In this document: positions 56,454 through 64,000 of the stretch, piece after piece
Position numbering within the stretch: the first letter of the stretch is position 1
Layout: the number at the start of each line of letters is the position of its first letter
Source: a virus
Length of the DNA stretch: 64,000 nucleotides
Strand: one strand, 5' to 3'
Virus record (IMG/VR): IMGVR_UViG_3300032897_000003
Location: 1 to 64,000 of that record
The notes under the pieces: generated by a model
Database searches by the model: none
The model's input: only the letters and a program-made list of their open reading frames with translations
Told to the model about the DNA's origin: nothing
Program-made: the position numbers and the translations under genes

Positions 56454-57293
56454 ATGAAGACCAGGCTCATGCATATTGGACTCGTGTTTCTCGGTCTGGG
56501 ATTGGTTGGAGTTCCGGTTGGGCAGGCGTGGTTTGGAGGAGCGAACATTGGGGCGTCGGTCAGCGTCGGCCTTGTGTTGGCGGTGTTGTACGCCGCGATC
56601 GTGAGGGTTGCGAACGTCTGGGCTGATGGCATTTCCAACATGCGGAGGACATTTGCTGTCGTTGGGACTGTCGCTGGAATTGCCGGACCCGTGATCACTG
56701 CTTTGTCCACCAATCTACCGGCAGGGTCGAAGGGAGCAATCGCAGCAGGATTCGCCACAGCGCTACTGGCTTCGTGGAAAGCAGCATTCGGTAGTGGAGG
56801 GACGGTAGCGATTCCGTCGAGCGAATCTGTGACTGTCCCACTCGACCAGAAGAAGGGAGCGGGAGCCGCGGTCGTGTTGGTGCTAGCTGGTCTGCTGTCA
56901 GGAAGCGCCCAGGCGGCCGGTCCGCAGCTCGGCACGTGTGTGGATGCCGGAAACACCTGGTGCGTTCAGCCAGCCACGGCGCTGGGTTGGCAGCTCAACC
57001 TAAAGACCGGCGACGTCCGCAACGCGGCTGTGATGGTTGGCTACTCGCTCGTGCACCAGACCGGCTTCGCGATCGGCGCCGGGCTGTATGGAGGAATGGG
57101 ACTCGCGGCGAGCGGGCCGAATGCGCCCCAGCTGAGTCTCGGGGTGAGCCTGACCAACTTCGGCGCGATTCTGATCGGAGCCCAGAGGGCGAAATTCGCT
57201 GACGGGACATCGGCCTACCAGGGCGTGGTCACGCTGGCCGGGACGCTGCAATTTGGCGGGACGCCGGCCTACGCGGGAAAGGCGGTGCAGTGA
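56454..57293 (+). CDS. Multi-TM membrane protein with C-terminal beta-rich domain
   Basis: About 4 TM segments, then signal-like VVLVLAGLLSGSAQA and amphipathic strands. Confidence 0.65.
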   Translation: MKTRLMHIGLVFLGLGLVGVPVGQAWFGGANIGASVSVGLVLAVLYAAIVRVANVWADGISNMRRTFAVVGTVAGIAGPVITALSTNLPAGSKGAIAAGFATALLASWKAAFGSGGTVAIPSSESVTVPLDQKKGAGAAVVLVLAGLLSGSAQAAGPQLGTCVDAGNTWCVQPATALGWQLNLKTGDVRNAAVMVGYSLVHQTGFAIGAGLYGGMGLAASGPNAPQLSLGVSLTNFGAILIGAQRAKFADGTSAYQGVVTLAGTLQFGGTPAYAGKAVQ

Positions 57294-57688
57294 TGCGTTT
57301 GTCTCTGTTTTTCTGCGCGGCCGCGCTTTTCCTCGCGTGCGCCACTCCTCAGCCGACGCCCATCCCCGCGCCGACGCCTGCCCCCGCCCCAGACGCCGCC
57401 CCGGATCCGTTCTCGGGCGCCCTGTCCGACTGCCACAGCCTGGCAGTCACGTCCGTGCGCTCTTTGGCGGTGGCCGCTACGCGAGCATGCTTGGCGGGCC
57501 CGCTCTTTGATAGCTGCCTGGTCGGGCTCTTCCCGAGCTACACGATCGACAGCGTGGTCTGCGGTGTCGTGGAAAACGGCGAAATCACCAATGTGGCGAG
57601 GCTCAAGGGGACGGCCACGCCAGAAGATGTGCAGGTCAGCGATGCTGCCGGCACATGGTTGACAGCAAGAAAGGTAGGACTCCGATGA
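57290..57688 (+). CDS. Lipoprotein
   Basis: Lipobox LFLAC, Pro-rich linker. Confidence 0.7.
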   Translation: MMRLSLFFCAAALFLACATPQPTPIPAPTPAPAPDAAPDPFSGALSDCHSLAVTSVRSLAVAATRACLAGPLFDSCLVGLFPSYTIDSVVCGVVENGEITNVARLKGTATPEDVQVSDAAGTWLTARKVGLR

Positions 57689-58389
57689 GAATGCTTGGCA
57701 AGCTGCCCGCGCGGCGTGACCCACGCACGCTCAAGCTCGAGAAGTACCTTACGGGTGAAGCCCCACACATCCCAGCGGCGCGCGACTGGACTCGCGACAC
57801 CACGCCGGACACGGATCCGCTTGGCAACACGACCTACGGAGATTGCGCCTATGCGGACATCGGGCACCTCATCACTCTGCTCTTCGCGCTCCAGGGTAAG
57901 CCGAGCCCGGTGACCACCGCCGGCATCCTGTCCGCCTACTCTGCGGGCACCGGATTCGACCCGGCGAAGCCGGACACGGACAACGGCGCGAGCATGCTCG
58001 ACGTGGCCAACCAGTTCCGGCAGGATGGCATCTGCGGCGTGAAGTGCGAGGCTTTCGTCAAGGTGGAGCCCCAGAATCTTGCCTTGGCCATCGAGCTATT
58101 CGGCGCGGTGACGATTGGCTTCCGCTTGCCCAACTCGGCCATGAGCCAGGACATCTGGGACGTGGTCCCGAACGACGGCGGCGAGGCGGGCGGCCACGCG
58201 GTCTGCGTGGCGGCGCAATCTCCGCTGCTCTTGCCCTGCATCTCGTGGGGCGAGCGGCACCCGATCACTTACCCGTTCCTCGGTCGCTATTACGACGAGA
58301 TCTACGCCTACCTGGTGCCCGACCTGCTGGTTCCGAACGGGCTCGACCTGGCAGCGTTGCGGGCGGATCTGGCGCTGGTCACAGGGTGA
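57685..58389 (+). CDS. Papain-like cysteine peptidase
   Basis: GN..YGDC, DNG, GGHAV, SWG. Confidence 0.7.
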   Translation: MRMLGKLPARRDPRTLKLEKYLTGEAPHIPAARDWTRDTTPDTDPLGNTTYGDCAYADIGHLITLLFALQGKPSPVTTAGILSAYSAGTGFDPAKPDTDNGASMLDVANQFRQDGICGVKCEAFVKVEPQNLALAIELFGAVTIGFRLPNSAMSQDIWDVVPNDGGEAGGHAVCVAAQSPLLLPCISWGERHPITYPFLGRYYDEIYAYLVPDLLVPNGLDLAALRADLALVTG

Positions 58390-58958
58390 AGTACGTCGGC
58401 ATCGACGCCGGCAAGCACGGAGCTATCGCCAAGATCGACGATGCGCATGCCGTGCTTGCTATGTGCGACTGTCCCTTGGATGCGCATGGGGAGATAGACA
58501 GGTTTGGCATCCTGAAGATGGTAGGTGAGTTGATCGGGCGCGAGCAGGACATGTGCCGGGTTGTGATTGAGCGGGTGCGCGCTATGCCTTACGCGGGGAA
58601 GGTGGCGTATGTGCCAGGGAAGCGCCGGGCCTGCCAAGGGACTGAGGCGGCATTCGAGCTCGGCCGGTCGTACGAAGACTGGATGATGGCCTTGGCAGCT
58701 TACGGGGTGGCACCGCTCGAGGTGCCCCCTCAGAGCTGGCAGAGCATGATGATCGGGCGCGAGCTGATGCGTCTGCAGAAGGGGAAGGCACCGTCTGCCA
58801 CGGTGGCATGCAACCGGTTCCCGTCGGCAAGACCGCTACTGTATGGCCCACGCGGAGGAATCATCGACGGCAGGGCGGACGCATTGCTGATAGCCGCCTA
58901 TGGGGCTGCAACCCTGAAGTCTGGTCATCGGTCCATGTCAGCTAATCCTAGTGCTTGA
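58386..58958 (+). CDS. RuvC-like Holliday junction resolvase
   Basis: VGIDAGKHG, VIE, PQSWQ, DGRADALLIA. Confidence 0.8.
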   Translation: MKYVGIDAGKHGAIAKIDDAHAVLAMCDCPLDAHGEIDRFGILKMVGELIGREQDMCRVVIERVRAMPYAGKVAYVPGKRRACQGTEAAFELGRSYEDWMMALAAYGVAPLEVPPQSWQSMMIGRELMRLQKGKAPSATVACNRFPSARPLLYGPRGGIIDGRADALLIAAYGAATLKSGHRSMSANPSA

Positions 58959-58982
58959 CATCTGTCCAGTAGTGGTTATGCT
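58955..58982 (+). promoter_or_regulatory. sigma70-type promoter TTGACA-N16-TATGCT
   Basis: Consensus match. Confidence 0.55.
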
Positions 58983-59295
58983 TCCGGTCATGAGGTCGCA
59001 AGATGGGAACCGCGAGGAACATAACGAGCTGGAGTCTGGTACTGGATAGGCGTTGTGCCTGCGGGCACTCCGCCTGCATTGCTGCACAGAAAGCGGCAAC
59101 CGAGCGTCGCCTGGCAATCCTGCGAGCCCAAGAGCATCTGTTCGACGATTCGAGCAGGCCATCGACAGCGCCGAACCGTCGGCTTGCTCTACCAGCGTTG
59201 GCAGCCTAACCAGTTTGCGCTTGACGACAGTGTGTCTGTCGTCGCACAGTAGTGCTTTGAGAGCCGAGGTGGTCCAACCTCCTGCAGAGCATCTA

Positions 59296-59334
59296 GGCCC
59301 CTTCCAGTTGGTCCCTGGGAGGGGCCACTTTTTT
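59296..59334 (+). terminator. Intrinsic terminator
   Basis: GGCCCCTTCCAG/CTGGGAGGGGCC stem followed by a T-tract. Confidence 0.7.
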
Positions 59335-59371
59335 GTGCTGGACAGCTTCCGTCGGTGTTACCATGCCATGC

Positions 59372-60088
59372 ATGGCTAAGCGTAAGGACCAAGCCGACGG
59401 CCACTCGGCTGTAGCCATCGGCAAGATCAGAGATCGAATCAAAGAGTTTCGTCGGGTGCCAGCGGAGTTACTGCGACCGAGCAGGTTGAACTTCCGTCGA
59501 CATCCGGAAGAGCAGCGGGCGGCGATGCGGGCTATCCTGACAGAGATTGGATACGCCGGAGCAGCCTTGGCCAGGGAACTGCCAGACGGCTCACTGGAGC
59601 TCATCGACGGGCATCTGCGAAGCGAAGAGAGCAGCGGGCAGATGGTGCCGACGTTGATCCTTGATGTGACAGCGGAGGAAGCGGCAACCCTCGTGGCCTT
59701 GTACGATCCGATCGGCGATCTAGCGAAGATCGACCAGGCCGCGGTCAATATCGCTCTCGAAAACGTGCAGGTGGACGCGGATCCACTGCAGGTCGTCCTG
59801 CTCGAGTTGAGCGGATCAGGGCAACTGGTTCCGAAGGATGACGGTGGCACGAAGGGCGGTAAGGAATCGGTGCCAGAAATGGACCTGCGTCCGTACGAGC
59901 ACTACGATTACGTGCTGGTCCTGGCCCGGACGACCATGGACTGGCAGGCCTTGGCAACGCTGTTAGGACTGGAGAAGATCGACGCGAGTCCGACGGCGAA
60001 GGTGAAGAAGATCGGGCTTGGCCACTGCATCGACGCCAAGGTGTTGTTGCAGAAGCTGCAGGGAATCGCCAATGCTCCAGCGCAGTGA
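59372..60088 (+). CDS. ParB-N-like protein
   Basis: NFRRHP, EIGY, LIDGHLR. Confidence 0.75.
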   Translation: MAKRKDQADGHSAVAIGKIRDRIKEFRRVPAELLRPSRLNFRRHPEEQRAAMRAILTEIGYAGAALARELPDGSLELIDGHLRSEESSGQMVPTLILDVTAEEAATLVALYDPIGDLAKIDQAAVNIALENVQVDADPLQVVLLELSGSGQLVPKDDGGTKGGKESVPEMDLRPYEHYDYVLVLARTTMDWQALATLLGLEKIDASPTAKVKKIGLGHCIDAKVLLQKLQGIANAPAQ

Positions 60089-60824
60089 CCTCGAAGTGGC
60101 CATCCCATCAAGCGGAAGGGCCAAGAGATGCTGGCAGACCATGCGCACTCTCTTGCCGATGGCCAATGTCTACGTTGCCGAACGAGAGGTGGACGACTAT
60201 CGATCTGCCGGGATCCCTGCCGAGCGCATTCGGACGCATCCGAACCTTGAAGGGATGGGAGCCATCCGGAACCACCTCGTGCAAGACGCGCGCAAGTCTG
60301 CCCTGGTCTGTATCGATGACGATCTGCGCTTCATCCTTTGCCGTGTGGGGCGCAAGCCGAGGAAGATAGCGGAGCCGGAGCGGATCTTCGACATCATGTA
60401 CGGGTCCGCTCTAGTTGCATCCGAGATTCCCGTAGCGATGTTCGGATGGGGCGTGCAAGCCATGCCCTGGTTCTACCGAGATAGCGATCCGATGACGTTG
60501 TGTGGGGCGTTCGGAGGAGCGGTTGGATTCATCGGGAAGACGGCACGATACGACGACCGGTTGAAGGTTGGCGAAGACGTCGACGTCATCTTGCGGGAAT
60601 TGCGAGAGCGGAGGATCGTGTTCTCGGACAAGCGCTACTACTGGAATTTCGGCAAGGTGATGGGTGGAGCTGGCGGGCTCCAAGCCGTGCGAAGTGAGGA
60701 GCGATGCCGATTGGACCGAGAGCTGCTGAAAGCAAAGTGGGGAGAGTCACTCCATTTGCTCGAAGATCGGCCGGGGGTCCACTGCCGACTGAGGGTCAAG
60801 CGCCGACAAGCGTGGACCGAGTGA
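60072..60824 (+). CDS. GT-A fold glycosyltransferase (TAGT/GREB1-like)
   Basis: IPSSGRA, RN, IDDD, EDVD, GG, KW. Confidence 0.65.
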   Translation: MLQRSDLEVAIPSSGRAKRCWQTMRTLLPMANVYVAEREVDDYRSAGIPAERIRTHPNLEGMGAIRNHLVQDARKSALVCIDDDLRFILCRVGRKPRKIAEPERIFDIMYGSALVASEIPVAMFGWGVQAMPWFYRDSDPMTLCGAFGGAVGFIGKTARYDDRLKVGEDVDVILRELRERRIVFSDKRYYWNFGKVMGGAGGLQAVRSEERCRLDRELLKAKWGESLHLLEDRPGVHCRLRVKRRQAWTE

Positions 60825-60905
60825 GATTATAGCGTCAGACGAATTGTTATTGCGGATGGCGCTACTGTCTGGTAGCATGTTGGTACCACTCACAGGAGGA
60901 CCACC

Positions 60906-61511
60906 ATGCTACTGTTCACGAAGAAGCATTATCCGCTCCCGTCCGTTGTCTCGGCACTGCAAAAGTCCATCCGGCGCGGCGACGTCAAGATGGCTGGCTA
61001 TTGGGCATGCGAGATGTGGCAATCTGGATTTGACGCCTACTTTTGGCGACGGATCCTCATCATCTCGGCCGAGGATGTCGCCGGGATCGTCACGCTCGAG
61101 GTGCTGGCGCTCCACGATGCCTATTGCATCATCAACAAGCACCGCAAGGGGGACGGGGGCGGCCAGCTGTTTGTCTGCAAGGCAGCGTACTTGCTCGCCA
61201 AGGCTCAGAAATCGCGCGACGTCGACAATCTGATCAACCTGGTCTGCATGGACGGGCTCGGCATCTCGAACGAGGAGATCCAGCATGACCTGGAGGCGGC
61301 CGGCCAGGCAACGATGGACGACTTCCCGATCCCGCAGGAGGCGTGGGACTACCATACGCCCAAGGGGAAGAAGAACGGCGAAACCCGGGAAACGTTCATC
61401 GTGCGCGAGCACGAGGCCTTGCGTCCGCGGGTGCCGGGCATTTACGACGATCTCGTCGAGCAGGTGAAAGACAAGCTCGCGCCGGCAAAGAAAGAGCTCG
61501 TGCTCAAGTAG
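60906..61511 (+). CDS. MgsA/RarA C-terminal-like protein lacking the ATPase domain
   Basis: SALQKSIRRGD, WRRILIISAEDV, KS, D.HT..G. Confidence 0.7.
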   Translation: MLLFTKKHYPLPSVVSALQKSIRRGDVKMAGYWACEMWQSGFDAYFWRRILIISAEDVAGIVTLEVLALHDAYCIINKHRKGDGGGQLFVCKAAYLLAKAQKSRDVDNLINLVCMDGLGISNEEIQHDLEAAGQATMDDFPIPQEAWDYHTPKGKKNGETRETFIVREHEALRPRVPGIYDDLVEQVKDKLAPAKKELVLK

Positions 61512-61533
61512 ACGTCACGCGGCAAACATGAAG

Positions 61534-61567
61534 AAACGCCGGTCCCAGCGACCGGCGTTTATTTTAT
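61534..61567. terminator. Hairpin terminator, possibly bidirectional
   Basis: AAACGCCGGTC-ccagc-GACCGGCGTTT followed by ATTTTAT. Confidence 0.7.
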
Positions 61568-61658
61568 CGTGGTATGCTGTTTTTTCTTGTCTGCACCGCC
61601 ATGGTATGTCACTATTAATTGGTACGATACGACGGACCACAACAAGGAGCATTGGACC

Positions 61659-62726
61659 ATGGCACACGAGCTTGAGATGAAGAACGGCAAGGCAGCAATG
61701 ATCTACGTCGGCGAGACGCCCTGGCACGGCCTGGGAAAGAAGCTCGAGGTTGCTCCGGCGACCACCGAGGAAGCGATCAAGCTCGCCGGGCTCGACTGGC
61801 AGATCGCGCTGGAAGAGATGAAGCTTGACGATGGTACGGTGGTCGACTGCTCGAAAGCGGTCGTCCGCCAGAGCGACCGATCGATCCTCGGCGTCGTGGG
61901 GAACGGGTGGGAGCCGGTGCAGAACGCGAAGGCATTCCAGCCGTTCGAGCCGTTTTTGAAGGCCGGCGTCGCGACCATCGAAACTGCGGGCAGCCTGCGG
62001 GATGGCAAGCGGGTGTGGATGCTCGCCAAGGTGAACCGACCGGACAGCGTGATCGTCCCGAGCGCAGACGATCGGGTCGCCAAGTACCTGATGGCGGCAG
62101 TCGGCCACGATGGGACGTTGGCTTTCCGGATCGGCTACACTCCGATCCGGGTCGTCTGCCAGAACACGCTCTCTGTTGCTATCGACCGAGGTCAGTCGAC
62201 GCACGTGCGCCTGTCGCACGTGTCGGGCGTCAACAAGGCCATCGACGAAATCACGCGGATGATCGAGGGCATCGATGCGCGCTTCGAGGAAAGTGCCAAG
62301 GTGTTTCGCGAGCTGGCTGCCCGCAAGGTGCGCAACGACGCTCAGCTGCGCGAGTACGTGGACGCGGTCTACAGCGTGAAGAAGCCCGAGTCCTCCGCCA
62401 CTGGAGCTGCCATCCTGAACGAGCTTCTCGCGAAGCCGCACAAGTCGAGCCAGCCGTCCCCATTCTCCCCCGAAGGCGGCAACATGCTTGCCGAGACCAA
62501 GTCGAAGGTGTTCGAGGAGATTGCGCGCCTGTTCGAGTTCGGCAAGGGGAACACGAACCCGGCGGTAGCGGGTACCGCGTGGGCGGCCTACAACGCCGTG
62601 ACCGAGCACCTGACCTGGCACCGCGGTCGCAGCCAGGACGCTCGTCTCGAGAACCTGTGGATGAAGGTCGAAGGGCCGAGCTCGAAGGCGTTGCCGGCAG
62701 CGGTCGACACGTTCCTTCGCAACTAG
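61659..62726 (+). CDS. DUF932 family protein
   Basis: TPWHGLG, AGLDW, ETAGSL..G, HDG, TPIRVVCQNTL, GTAWAAYNAVTE. Confidence 0.9.
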   Translation: MAHELEMKNGKAAMIYVGETPWHGLGKKLEVAPATTEEAIKLAGLDWQIALEEMKLDDGTVVDCSKAVVRQSDRSILGVVGNGWEPVQNAKAFQPFEPFLKAGVATIETAGSLRDGKRVWMLAKVNRPDSVIVPSADDRVAKYLMAAVGHDGTLAFRIGYTPIRVVCQNTLSVAIDRGQSTHVRLSHVSGVNKAIDEITRMIEGIDARFEESAKVFRELAARKVRNDAQLREYVDAVYSVKKPESSATGAAILNELLAKPHKSSQPSPFSPEGGNMLAETKSKVFEEIARLFEFGKGNTNPAVAGTAWAAYNAVTEHLTWHRGRSQDARLENLWMKVEGPSSKALPAAVDTFLRN

Positions 62727-62804
62727 AAGCGAGTCGACGGTGCGGGCGGAGAGCGCTCCGCCCAATCCGCCGGGCCGTTTCCCGGGAATGCAAAGGAGTC
62801 TCGC

Positions 62805-63398
62805 ATGCGCCTAAACCGAAGGTTCTCGCCTTGGAAAGTCGCCAGCAAGGACATAACCCGCCAGCACCTGACCCACTGCTATCTCGACGTGGAGAAGCAG
62901 AAGCTGGTCGCGACCAACGGCAACGCCATGGCGGTGGTGCCGGTCGATGAGCTGTCGCAATCTCCGGGCCCCTGCCCCAACGATGAGAGCGGGTTCGTTT
63001 CGGTCGCGGCGCTCGAGCAAGCGAAGAAGCTGACGCCGAAGTCGCTAGACGGCGTGATCCTGTCGGCCAACGGACAGCACGTGTTCCTTGGTGGAGCGAC
63101 CATGCCAAGGGCCAAGGCCGAGCCGCTGGAGTTTCCACCCTGGGAGCGAGTTGTGCCGTCCTACCGGCGCGGTTCGGCTGGAACAGTGACCATCGGGGTA
63201 GACCCGACCATGCTCGCCACGCTGGCGAAGGCCATCGGCGAGGAAAGGGCGGTGTCGTTGACATTCCCCAGCCCGAGCTCGTGCCCGAATTGCGACCACT
63301 ACTCAGAGCAGCTCGGACACGTCGAGATGCTGGATCCGATTCGTGTTGAAGGTTCGAGCGGGGAGGCATTCGGACTGCTGATGCCGGTGCGGCTATGA
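62805..63398 (+). CDS. Partial beta-sliding-clamp-like protein
   Basis: VASKD.TR..L, LVATNG, FPPWERVVP, GLLMPVRL. Confidence 0.7.
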   Translation: MRLNRRFSPWKVASKDITRQHLTHCYLDVEKQKLVATNGNAMAVVPVDELSQSPGPCPNDESGFVSVAALEQAKKLTPKSLDGVILSANGQHVFLGGATMPRAKAEPLEFPPWERVVPSYRRGSAGTVTIGVDPTMLATLAKAIGEERAVSLTFPSPSSCPNCDHYSEQLGHVEMLDPIRVEGSSGEAFGLLMPVRL

Positions 63399-63486
63399 CG
63401 TTGGATCGAGACTTCTTCCGCACCCCACCTCGCCACAACCCGAGGAAGGCGTCGGCGATCCGGGATGCCCTTCAGGTAACGCAGAT

Positions 63487-64000
63487 ATGAGCATCCCAGA
63501 GTACGAAGCCCTGACCGAACACACGACGATCGCCGACATGGTGCGCGTCTATCAGGAGGCAGAGGCGGATATCCGGGCTGGATTCGGTTTGGTCAAGCGA
63601 GGGATGGAGCGAGTGAACGAGAGTACCAGGCTGCGCGACGTCGATGTTGACAACCCGGACGAAACCGCATCCGAGCTTAGACGAGCTTTTTGGAGATCCA
63701 TGGTGACAAAGCTCCAAATGGAGCGAGCCATGTCGGTCAAGCAATGGAACGAATTCGACCAGAAGCTTAGGCACGATGCCCCGCCGCCGGTCACGGTTGA
63801 GATCGTTGAAGGCATGGTGAGGCAGTTCCGTGCCGACCTGCCTGAGATGCTGCAGAGATCGGTCAAAGAGATGTTCGAGTGGCTGCGCCCGAGGGACTCA
63901 GAGTACAAGACGAACAGCGAGTACGAGATCGGGAAGCGGGTGGTATTGAACGGAGTGATCAGGCGTGGCTACCTCGATCATTGGGACGTGAACTACCACT
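63487..64000 (+). CDS. DUF4942-like protein (3' truncated)
   Basis: Open to the window end; FW...M...F...YKTN..EIGKRVVL. Confidence 0.6.
   Translation, partial: MSIPEYEALTEHTTIADMVRVYQEAEADIRAGFGLVKRGMERVNESTRLRDVDVDNPDETASELRRAFWRSMVTKLQMERAMSVKQWNEFDQKLRHDAPPPVTVEIVEGMVRQFRADLPEMLQRSVKEMFEWLRPRDSEYKTNSEYEIGKRVVLNGVIRRGYLDHWDVNYH

Noticed and set aside
59003-59334. tmRNA, suggested by the ALAA* ending
   Set aside because: No tRNA-like acceptor stem, T-arm or CCA end seen

Overview
A 64-kb segment of a high-GC contractile-tailed (myovirus-type) phage or prophage, with essentially all credible genes on the + strand; the host is possibly Myxococcota (inference). Gene order: DUF6745-like repeat protein and partner, HNH, MuF-like head protein, glycosyltransferase, scaffold and major capsid, neck, sheath, tube, chaperone with a -1 slippery site, tape measure, baseplate and fibre genes, amidase (to ~32.6 kb). 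Then small early genes, a sigma-like factor, recombination genes, replication (DUF1376-like initiator with iterons, intein-containing DnaB), an intein-containing SNF2 helicase, an envelope cluster, RuvC-like, ParB-like/glycosyltransferase, DUF932-like and DUF4942-like genes. No terminase, portal, integrase, tRNA or canonical CRISPR array was recognised. Top finding: a stand-alone RAMP/Cas7-like gene (45699-46361), an accessory gene and a ~510-nt probably non-coding array (46986-47499). The array parses into 12 units, each a GGCA/GGCC tetramer followed by 6-11 pentamers of G(G/T)H plus a variable dinucleotide. This is a candidate phage-encoded RNA-guided system whose guides carry information only in spaced dinucleotides. 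Second finding: a ~520-nt, densely base-paired candidate ncRNA directly after the capsid gene. All family assignments come from motif recognition by eye, not database searches.
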